Below, in pieces: positions 12,001 through 21,772 of a stretch of 64,000 nucleotides of DNA. Position 1 is the stretch's first letter. Each line of letters opens with the position of its first letter. The stretch is from contig NMRA01000082.1 of NCBI GenBank assembly GCA_002633005.1, positions 472,576 through 536,575 on the forward strand. The letters run 5' to 3'. Source of the DNA: Phoronis australis (taxonomy: Eukaryota > Animalia > Phoronida). The notes beneath the pieces are model-generated. The model was not told the origin of the DNA and did no database searches. It saw only the letters and a program-made list of their open reading frames with translations. The position numbers and the translations under genes were made by a program.

Positions 12001-15000
12001 AAGGTTTGTCTAGGGGCTCCTTGCCTGCTGCATTGTTCCTGGGCTGTATCTACTCTCAATTTTGTTTCTACGTTTAGATTTTGTTTTTGTTCTAGCTTCT
12101 AGTCGACAAGTAGATAGCTCTGCATGGTCTGAGATGCAACTGCGCAGTGTTAGGTTCGGCCGTGGTACAACTGTCTGTCTGTATTATATTTACCAGGATG
12201 CCCTCAAAAGTTGGGTTGGATAAACAGACTATTATATCATCATGAATGCTGTTTTTATTTTTATGTTTGTTTGATTTATATTTTGCCTACTAACACGTTT
12301 CTGTTTGATTTTGTTGGCACATAACATTTTTTATTTTTGTAGCTGTCATCTCATAGATTAGCTACTCATCATTTTCATGCAAATATTTTCATTACTAGAT
12401 GTTGGTTTAATTACTTAATAAATTAACATAACTTAACATCAAAATCTTTACATTTTCAGCATTTTCTATAGATTGTAGTTATGGATTTTAGTTTTACTAT
12501 TTGAATGAAGTGATGCCTATATTTTGTGGCCCCAAAGTTTCCGTATGAAGAATATTAAACAATCTCTCCCTCCCCTCATTAGGCCCAAAACTTTGGGTCC
12601 AATGATTAAAAAAGTTCCCTTAAGGTAAGAATCATTTCTGCGATGATGCCGTTGAGGGGTGGCCACTGGGGGTGCTTGCATACTTTTCTGAATTTTTAAA
12701 GGCCGTTAGCTGTAGTATGTAAGTGCAGTTTGAGCTTTATAGAAGGGAGGGTACTTCATAGCTTTATGTACCGTAAAATCTCACCAATTTAGGACACAAC
12801 ATGGCGTACTGGTAAAAATTTATTTCTCATTTTTTATAACACCAAATGAAATCTTTACCTTTAAGTTCTAGTAACTACCATCTGTCATTTTTCTTTAAGA
12901 AACTCGCAAGCAGAAGCCTTAAGTTTGAAAAACGAAGCGGGTCATTTTTGGCGATTGTTATTGTCCAAAATTTTGAGATTTTACCATACAGGATATTTCA
13001 AAAAGATGTTCTGATGTTGAAATCATGTGTTACAAGCTGTAAAACTATTACATAAACTGGAAAGAAATTTTGTTAAACGTTGATTGGCCATTTTGTTGAA
13101 TCTTCCTGTTCCATCCGCTTAGTACCATAGACAAGGATCAGTGATTCATATAGTAATTAACTCGTGAGACACTTGATGGGATTCAACACTTATTCTCAGT
13201 TCACTGGATCCTCACGATGTAATCTAACCAATGAGAGAAAGCAATGAGTGTGTACATTTCGTAGACTTGTGGCAAGAAATCTGCTCTCATAGAGCAGATC
13301 AGAATTATCTGTCCCATAATTCAACATTCCGACCAATGACTGCCATTTTGCTTTACCAGTAAAGTCTTGAGAGTTCTTGCAAAACACCCGTTTTTCACTT
13401 ATATGATTTTGCACGGTTTTAAACATGATTGTCTTCTGTCTATAGAACATGACCCCGTTTGTGATTATAAAGAGTGGAATCAACCCTTTTGAGGTATCCT
13501 GAAGCTAATTTAGAATTTCATCTCCTCAGACTGTACCTGCCGGAATTCTTTCTTTAAACTTCTTTCAATTTTTGTTGAAAGAATGACAAGCAACTCATGC
13601 ACTTTCCTTTTTTATCCAATTGTTTCTTTTCACGTCCTTTTAGTGAATGAAACTATATTTTGTAATGAACAATACAGATGGAAATATGCTTGCCAATCAA
13701 CTTAATTAATTGCATGCAAGAAGTGTGCACTCGGGCACATTTTCTGTTGTCAGTGTTTTGGTTTTAATATGATGATCGAAAATGTTTGTATGGTCTCGCT
13801 TTTTCAAACACTTGTTATTAAAAAATTTAAGAATAGTGTTGTTCTTCAAACCTTATACAGCGGAGCCGTGGATTTCTAGGACAAGTAAGTAACAGTTTTG
13901 TTTTGACATTATTGTGGATTAGATTGAATGTTGGTGTTGTTTTTTTGTAGATGCGGAACGGAAGCCTGACCTGGTTTGGCCATATTCTCAACCAATCACT
14001 GCAACTGCGGTGTCTCCGTGCACAAGCATAATAGCGATAGGGTTAGCAAACGGCATCGTGGTAATTTGGGACATTTATATGGGTAAGTCAATGAATAGAT
14101 TTGTCACATGACATAAGCAATGTGCCTCATGATTAAGCCACTTTTGTGTGAGAAATACTTATGCCAGTGCACATGGTCTCTTATTCCTGTGAAACTGCAG
14201 CAAGACCTTTCCTGTCACTGGTTTTGTGGGTATTATGGTGGCACGAAATGAAGTGTTGCAGAATGTAGTTTGAATTGCCTGGTCTATGCCAGTGTTGCGA
14301 GTATCTTCACTTATGGAACGGACACTGGATTTTCGTAACATTCCAGACTTGCCTGCTAATCACTTCAGTCGTGGCCATTTTGCCAGTTTACACGAGTATG
14401 ATGTGTGTGGATTTACTCACGAAGGTCCCGCTTTTCACTCGCCTGCTGTTTCATGCATGTCTCTTCTCGCAAGAAACTTTCTATCCTAGTTGAGCACACC
14501 CCTTTGAATTTTCTTTTCAGGTCTGCTGCGTAAGATTGTGAAAGTCTGCAATGACTGTCGAGTGAAGCATCTCGCGTTTCTGAATCCAAACATATGTCCT
14601 CAACCAGATAACAGCGATCTCCCTTTTACCATGGAAACCAATTGCCATCTGATGGTTGTTGGGGACAACAGTGCCGTTTCCTTGCTCCAGTGTGCCATGG
14701 GAGATAAGTCCCAACCAGAAGAGATCTTGCCTGCGTAAGATTTTCTATTTCTTGAACGAGAATACAATTATATTTGCATTCTATTTTCACCTTACAAGTT
14801 GACTTGCGTTGAAGAAACTAAATTTATTTAGCGGACCACGTGACATTGATAGCAAATGACTTATTCCTTTCTTGCATGATTCTGACGAGAAGTGATTTTC
14901 GGTCTTGCAAAGAACTGAGAACTTGAAGCCATGCCCAGGGAACAAAATGATATTTCATGACACGTCATCTAATGGACTGTCAGAACAAAATGACACATCA

Positions 15001-18000
15001 CGACAAGTCACCTAATAGACTGTCAGAACAAAATGACATGCCGCTAGCCAATGAACTGTCAGAACAAAATAACACACTGTGACAATGAAGTCACGTAATG
15101 GACTGTCAGAAAAAATGACACGCCGTGACAAGTCATCTAACAGACTGTCAGAACAAAATGACATGCCATCACAAGTCAACTAATAGACTGTCAGAACAAA
15201 ATGATACACTGTGACAAGTCACATAGACTGTCATAATTCTCTGCAAGTCTAGTTATTGCAAGACATGTCTTTTGTTTAAGGAACAACATTTTTATGGAGG
15301 GAGAGTAGCTGCTGTTTTAACTCTATAATTTGTTTTCTGCTTTAAAATTATGATATTTTCTATTACTTAATTTGGTACTGCCATTGTTCTCAGCCAGGAC
15401 CATAAACTTCTTGATAAGCTGTGTTTAGTTACAGTCCGTTTGGAACTCTTGTATACCAAGAACATGGTTCACAAAGATCTTGTATGTCAGTTTCAACAGG
15501 ACTTATGTGTGTGAGCGACACCCATGATTTAGAAAGGTCCCCAGAATTCTAAGCCACTAGAGGGGACTAGTTATCCCTCCAAGCCCAAAATGTGCTGATC
15601 ATATTAAGTAAATAAGTTTAGTTTCAATTGTCTGCAGCGTTCATAACAATTGGTTTCGAATTTTAGAAGAATTGCAAAAAGTTTGTAGATTTTAATGACA
15701 ATGTTATGAATTTCATTACTTTTTTATTGCAATTTGTTTCCAGGGTTGACACTCAAAACGAAGAACTCACACTCGTGCAGCCTCTATCTGGAATACCTGA
15801 AATCGTACGTACTGATGTATTTTGCCATGGAATAGATTAATACCTTTTCACAGCATCCTGCATCTCAACCACTCAGCTCTTTTTGTTTGGCTTATACAAA
15901 ATTTTAGACAGCCCCATCAGTACAGAGTGGGCAGAAACAGATACCCAGAAACATAAAGCCAAGAGATTTGAGCGTCATGTGTAACTGAATTTTAGACTCG
16001 AATGGAGGGAATCTGAAACTACACTTTACAATAGTGATAAGTATGATAACATTTGAAATATTCCTTTTAGCGACTGTATTTAACAGTACTCTAGACTTGC
16101 AATTGAAGCCAGAATTCGAACATAAGTGCTAAAACTCGAACGTAAAATGTTTTTCCAGGTGCTCTGTGCTCAGAGGGGTGGGTCTATACTGCTGAAGGAC
16201 ATTGTGAAAGGACATAACCTCTGTCAAGTCGTTTTGCCCAACACCCACTCACTTACATCACCATGGCAACCAGTCATAGCTGTGGGAGGAGAGGGTTTGA
16301 TGCTGTATATAAAAGGTATGTGAAATACAAAATTAAATCTGTTTGAAATTAAAAGCAGTCTTATGTCTTCAAAGTGTGATTACTTGAAAACTTAAGTACC
16401 ATAGAAATTTAACCACTTGGAGAAATATTTTGAAGTTCTAAAGTGTCACTTGGTCAGCTGGAGGGGTTGAACCCACATTCTGTTCACAACAGTGGGCTAG
16501 TTATCAATAGAGTGATTCTATTCACTATGTCTCATATTGAGGGTAATTACTGTTTCTTATCAGATTGTATCTAAATAGAAGGTTTGAAAGCATCCAGGCT
16601 CTAGTTTCCATTAAGTTTCTTTCTGGGACATGAGGACCTATGGAAACTATAAAATCTAGAAAAAACTGGACTGTGGGGGTTCTTGAATTTTCAAATTTGG
16701 CCAAGTAATAGCGATTTTGTCAACAAAAACCCAAGCCATATGACCTATTCATTGGAAAGTATTTTCCAACATGGGGTATAATGAATTGAACTTCATCACT
16801 AACTCACAATAGAAGCTGTGCCTGGAGAAATGCTGATAAAGTTGGTCCTGCTCTAACATTCTCCTTTAAGGAAATGTTCACAACATGAATTTCAGGTATT
16901 GATTAGTGTGTCATCAGAGTGTAGTACGAATCATGACCTATTGACCTTCATGGCCCCTACTTAATTGGAGCTGCTACATCGGCTGGCGTTCTGTTGTGTT
17001 GAGGCAATTTTATTGAAACATTATCTTCTGTGTACATACGTACTTCCTCCAAAATACCGCACTATTCTACTTATGGGTAGCAAAGTGGCAGGAACACCGA
17101 CAATGTGTCATTTGTTGACAAAGGACTGCACAGTGCAGTTCGAAACATCTGAAATAGTTAGTTACTACGCAGTCTCTGAGTAAGTGATCTACCGTCTGTT
17201 CTCCCTATCTGAACCATCACTGATAAAAAATTGTGGTAGGGTGCAAATTAGCTTGACACAGTATGACACAGCATGGTAGAGCATGGTACAGTACAGTACA
17301 GCATGGCACGTACAGCATGGCTGTACAGCAGGGCACAGCACCATACAGCATGGCACAGCATGGTACAGCATGGCACAGCATGGTACTCTGATATTGGTAA
17401 GCCTTATGCACAGCAGAATAGAATAAATTGTTAATTAACATTTGTCTGTTTGATCCACACAGGTACGCAGAAGGATCCAAATGAAGACTACGTCCCTAAC
17501 AGTGGACTAGAGTCTCTGTTCGTGTTCCAGCTACGCTCATTCCCCACACTGGATCGTTACTGGAGGCGGAAGAGGGAGGAAGTACCCTACTTTGTACACA
17601 GCACTGTCAATGACCGGGTCAGTGCCATCTTGAAGCACAGGTAGGCCAGAGCTTTTCATCCTTGTTTGACTAGACTGTCCTTTGACCATCCAGTAATTCT
17701 GAGTGACTGGTATTGCGGGAGATATAAATTGTACATACCACAAAATAATACAGTCTCTGTATCAGATTATTCGTTGAGCTAAGTAAGCTATATCTCGTCA
17801 TCGGTGGTCGAAAGGAAAAGTACATTCAGTGACTCAGCCAGTCACGTATGTCATTTGTGTAAACTAACTTAATTTGCCTTGAAATCCTTCTTATAGTATG
17901 TTTGTTTTACAGGCAGCATAATCAACCAGAGAGATGCAGACGGCTTCAGAAACGTTGGACAGAATTGAAGGAAGAACTACAAAGGATTCAAGAAGTAAAA

Positions 18001-18240
18001 GATGCTAACAGACTAAGACTCAATATGGACTCCGGTTTTGTAAGTTAATTGTTTTCTTCATTAGGATTTGTTTACAATTCGAGGGTTTACATTATTTTTC
18101 ATTATTGCAGCCGTGTGTTTTAGGCAGGGAGGGAAGTTGCCTTTCTGGATGTGGACAAGGATGGTGAAATTTTTGTGAAGAAGTTCCGTGGTGACCACCA
18201 ACAATTTAATTTAAAAAAAAACAGTTTTAAAAAACATTGA
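73..18240 (+). CDS. WDR93: WD repeat-containing protein 93 (CFAP297), 5'-partial, multi-exon
   Basis: Core GT-AG exons with consistent phases: 1073-1184, 1715-1892, 2630-2700, 3581-3658, 13951-14082, 14521-14734, 15744-15804, 16159-16315, 17463-17640, 17913-18039. Possible upstream exon 73-114 (LRTGKSPRLKKKRR). Peptides VLKIKPP, VIGTGANH, ANLHFL, IAVWWNGG..HYSL and KPDLVWPYSQPITATAVS..IAIGLANGIVVIWD match recalled vertebrate WDR93 (LLKIKPP, GLGSGQNH, PEGVWPCAAPI..GVLTLWD). The terminal exon is ambiguous: stop at 18048, 18167, 18240 or 18883. Confidence 0.85.
5314..5373 (+). CDS. WDR93: tentative 60-nt phase 1-1 cassette exon of WDR93 (AKKRIVMSKVALLMMQKLGR)
   Basis: Pyrimidine tract ending ttcttAG, open in phase 1, length divisible by 3, weak donor AG/GTGCTT. 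Confidence 0.3.
5734..5775 (-). ncRNA. minimal type I hammerhead ribozyme (intact core)
   Basis: Reverse complement reads ctt CTGATGA t GGTGTTT tact AAACGCT GAAA CATG TC aag: conserved core, stem II, palindromic stem III and stem I. Confidence 0.75.
5831..5872 (+). ncRNA. minimal hammerhead ribozyme, core mutated (GAAA to AAAA)
   Basis: ctt CTGATGA ggctgttt taat aaacgcc AAAA CATG TC aag. Confidence 0.6.
6140..6227 (+). pseudogene. degenerate tRNA-His-like sequence or tRNA-derived SINE head
   Basis: The 3' part ggtttgaatccgggtcacggcacca resembles the T-arm and acceptor end of tRNA-His (GGTTCGAATCCGAGTCACGGCA plus CCA). The 5' half does not fold as a normal tRNA. Confidence 0.35.
6513..6557 (+). 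CDS. WDR93: 45-nt phase 1-1 cassette exon of WDR93 (DTKPTEKQGSVPIVQ)
   Basis: tttttgtctAG acceptor, AG/GTTTGA donor, frame-preserving, flanked by TGCATG at 6471, 6734, 6800 and 6857. Confidence 0.55.
8033..8113 (+). CDS. WDR93: 81-nt phase 1-1 cassette exon of WDR93 (VQPPGVRPSGRSRENSPSVMSRASSRQ)
   Basis: tttacAG acceptor, AG/GTTTGC donor, GC-rich island in an AT-rich intron, frame-preserving. Confidence 0.65.
9027..9098 (+). CDS. WDR93: 72-nt phase 1-1 cassette exon of WDR93 (DQTKKDGADRKSRPSRSPAARTVR)
   Basis: Pyrimidine tract with TGC then ctAG acceptor, AG/GTCTGT donor, frame-preserving, TGCATG at 9126 and 9222. Confidence 0.65.
10235..10292. repeat. small palindromic repeat or MITE (related copies ~11401-11507 and ~42213-42270)
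   Basis: cattttgagaaccagttt..aaactggttctcaaagtg inverted repeat. The same core recurs at 11428-11484 and 42213-42270. Confidence 0.6.
10763..11048. mobile_element. MITE with imperfect terminal inverted repeats (TIRs), PIF/Harbinger-like ends; relatives at ~54139-54600 and 58640-58888
   Basis: ctgtttcagaaaagtgactaaga at the left pairs with tcataagccacttttcgtgaaacggccc at the right. Confidence 0.5.
11197..11338. mobile_element. short MITE of the CAGTGGCGGA family (older copy of 55620-55774)
   Basis: Shares gcccctaaaattct.ccagattccat.tggcagtt..tgtc.gacag.caaaatc and the ctggat.cgcc.ctg end with 55620-55774. Confidence 0.65.
11956..12003 (+). CDS. WDR93: 48-nt phase 1-1 cassette exon of WDR93 (GSARGRKKSKAETLDE)
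   Basis: Long pyrimidine tract ending ccaAG, AG/GTTTGT donor, frame-preserving, TGCATG at 12121. Confidence 0.6.
13861..13884 (+). CDS. WDR93: 24-nt phase 1-1 microexon of WDR93 (AEPWISRT)
   Basis: atacAG acceptor and perfect GTAAGT donor, 66 nt upstream of constitutive exon 13951. Confidence 0.55.
14938..15235 (+). repeat. minisatellite, ~43-bp unit, ~7 copies
   Basis: Repeated gactgtcagaacaaaatgacac....gacaagtca.ctaa. Confidence 0.85.
17262..17386 (+). repeat. degenerate 5/10-bp tandem repeat (ACAGCATGGY)n
   Basis: Direct reading of repeated acagcatggt/acagcatggc. Confidence 0.85.
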
Positions 18241-21200
18241 ACAGTGAAACTCGCTTAAATGGGATGCAAGTGTACCACGTATCAGAGTGAGACGAAGGGA
18301 TTCAATGCTCTGTGTAGAACAATTTAAAACTGTGTTGGAACTTTGTTCGAGTTAAAAGTGAAAATTCAACTCATCAGGTATTGGTATTACTTGCAATGCT
18401 TTGGAAATTGGATAGACGTTTCCCTTTGTGTATGATCTCCCTTGAAATCTGCTGCTCTTCTACATTTTGCACATTAGTTTTTGCCAGCGCAAACTCATCA
18501 AGAAGCTGTGATTCTCCATTCTGGGAGATAGCGATAAATTGTGATACAGCTTATAACATCTTATGTTGTCAAAGTTTGGAAATGACGTGCTTTTAGAGAG
18601 ACCTTTACTTATATTCGAAAGTGACATTTGTTACATTCCGTCTGTGAAACGTTCAGGCCATTAGAAAAAACACTGCATCATCACAACAAAAATGTGATCA
18701 TTCAAAAGTTTAAGAGCACTGGTCATTGGGGTCAGTGTATGGGCGCTGAACTCAACAAATAACAATGGTCACATTGTTATAGCCATTACCTTATTTTGTG
18801 TTACTGGATGCTTATTAACAATTGTATACTAATTGTAATTTGCCAATTTTAACCAGGGATCTGATGCAGTAGGAAGGACCTAAAGTAAGAGAAATGTTCC
18901 TACTACAATTCTGTGCTCCTCTGTTCTTCCATATCCCCGTTCAGTTTGTGTTGCAATTCTTCATTTGCCTCTGTTTTACATGCTGTTGTGGTTGGAATTG
19001 TCTCCTCCTGTATATTATATGCTGTAGCTCTTGAAGTTGTCTCCCCTTCTCTTTTTTCTTTGCTTTCGGGAAAATGCCTCGTAATTCAATTAATACCGGA
19101 ATTTGAATTTTTACTGTTCACCGAAACTCCAATACGTTTACGTTTAACCTAACTGTACGTCACAGTTCTCTAGCTGATAATGGAAAAGAAAATCAAGTGA
19201 TGGTATTTTGAAAAGGTTCTGGTTAACCAGGAAGAGCCTCATATTGATAGTTAAGAGATTTATTCGAACAGACATTTCAAATGCAAAGATTTTATGGCCA
19301 TCTCATTTTTACAGCATTTCATCAATTGATGAATTTAATGAGAACTTGATTTGGTGTCAGTAACTCACTTAGTGAGTTATCCTAATACTACGCTCACCAG
19401 GTGTGATGTTTGACACATTTTGACACCTTATATTCTTTGTAAAGCAATAAAACTTGAACAGCCGAAACACTGAATTGCATGAAAGCGTGTCGTCAAATAA
19501 TATTTGCAGTTGCCTATGTATGTTTCATTGCCAGCTTTGGTTGTGGTTTCCGTTAAAATTATGTTTCCTCTACTCTTTCTGAGCAACTGAATATCCAATT
19601 CATGTTTTTCTTTATTTCCATGAACTTTCTTATTTTCTACATCCCTTTCCTTTTCAAAATATGCATGTGCTGCCCCCTGTAGCTGTTTTTAATTCTTGCT
19701 TGATGAAATCAATTCATGACTTCCTGCTTAGAATCATTAAAGTTTTTTGTTCATTTCAACATAAACTTTTGTTTTGTGAAAACATGTTTTTTTCTTACTC
19801 TGACATTTATTACCTTCTGTGTCTAAAAATTTAGTGTGAATTGAATGAGGTAAGTCATAACCGGTTCGTCTTGCTATCTGTTGGGAATATTGAAAAGTTT
19901 TGTAAATTTTCTTGTTAAAATATTAAAAGGTTCTTTTCACGTGTATATTATTGTTTACAAATGGAAGTACTTTTGAACATATCATTGGCTTCTGCCGTCA
20001 ATAGCTCACCCCCCCCTACGAGTCCTGCAGTTAGTGTCGAATAGCATGCTTTCGTGTTTGGACACAGTACAGTATCTGCCCCAAATTAGCAATAATGAAG
20101 AGAAAAGACAGAGTTGTATTAGGTTTCACTCCAGTGACCACCACGACAATGTATGATTGAAGATTCAAAAACAATTATTGTAAATTGTGTGTCCATGTTT
20201 TTTTATTTCATCTTCATTATTACCTATTAGCTATTACCTTTTGGGCCAAAACATGTGGGTGTGTTATTTACAACTTATGAGAAGCCTCTTAGGAAGCTAT
20301 AATGGTCAATAGCCAGTGATGCATCGAAAAGCATTTTGAATTAATTAAAAACAATATGATGCCAACTTATGCAGACTATGAACGAAACAATGAAATCGTC
20401 ATTCAGATTCTACGTCACATGCAGTTAACTCACTGTCCTATCATTTCAGAATACTTCCACAATTACCAAGACAACATTTAAAAGCCGTCAAAGAAGTGCC
20501 GATATTCACAGCCCGGAGAAAATGGCAGAGATACAGCGATTGATAACCGGTCAAATTGCTGGTGTTTAATTTAGTTTGGTTTGTTGACCAAATGTATTGG
20601 CCGATGCTGTTGTTTTTGAGCTCTTGTGCCATTTTAGAAGGCAAATTCTAGTGTTGACAATAACTTCAACTGTATGTACATATTGTCTCTTATCTTATGT
20701 TTGAATTGAAGTCGGTTGCTTATGATAAATCTCCTTACATTACAACAATGTTTATATTCAATTGCCTAATTGATAATTCATACTAACCCATGTGTTGTTC
20801 TTAAGCCTAGAAATCATTCATCTGAGTAAGAAACAAAGTGGAACTGATTTTATGGCCTAAATGAAGTTGATTTTTTACTAAAAGCATGGTGCTGTGGACA
20901 CTTAGTGACATTCAATCATTTGGTTGTATGGATAGTCTCTATTCAGGATTTGGGATTTCTCGCATTAATTCTTGGAACCTTTTTTCATCAAGATATACAT
21001 GACCTACAGACCTCTGCTCAACTGAGTGTCTAGTACTCAGGCATCAAAGCCACTGGTTTAGGCTTTCTAATTTTTTTGCAACTTGAATTATATCCCTCCA
21101 AAGTTAAATTTCTCACTGATAGCTTCATGGACTTTTAAGATCACCCCTTAAAGGACCCTTAATACTGATGTGGCCTCACATTCATTAACATTGTGGTCTC

Positions 21201-21301
21201 ATAATTAACCGATTGTTTTTTAGGCTCTGCATTTGTAAATATTAAGAATATATTATGTAGCTGTGCTGTACATACTTTGAAGAATGTGTATGTTTATAAC
21301 A

Positions 21302-21318
21302 AATAAATTTTTTTTATT
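21302..21318. terminator. adjacent opposite-strand poly(A) signals (AATAAA on + at 21302; AATAAA on - at 21313-21318)
   Basis: aATAAAtttttTTTATTaa lies between convergent WDR93 and RBM8A, ~455 nt downstream of the RBM8A stop. Confidence 0.4.
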
Positions 21319-21772
21319 AAAAGATGATCTTTTCTAAAGACAGATATTCACTAGTACACAGCATCACCAGCTGTTTCTATGTTAACTCTAAGTAAGAGTT
21401 CATCCAGGATGTCGTTTACTTCATACCAACATCATTTTCAGACTGCCATTATTTAAACAAATAGTGTGAGAAACGAAACTACAATTTGATCCCATCATGC
21501 AAATCCGTCCATCACGCCTCAAAATGAAGCTTGCCGTGCATTCTATGGTTAATCCCGTTCTTTTTTTATTTTGAAATTTTCTAAAGCAAGAAGAGATGTC
21601 CGACTTGAATATTCATCAATCAGTACGACATCTGGTCTTGTAGTTATGCTGTAGAAGATTCCACCATGGAAATCCTTTTCGCCAACAGAGGGTCACGGAT
21701 CGAGCAATTTGAATGTACACTAGAAACATGAGACGCAAAACAGTTTGTTGGAATTCACACATCAGAACTTTC

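Noticed and set aside
14938-15235. Regularly spaced repeats resembling a CRISPR array
   Set aside because: The intervening sequences are themselves homologous (a minisatellite), the context is a eukaryotic intron, and there are no cas genes.
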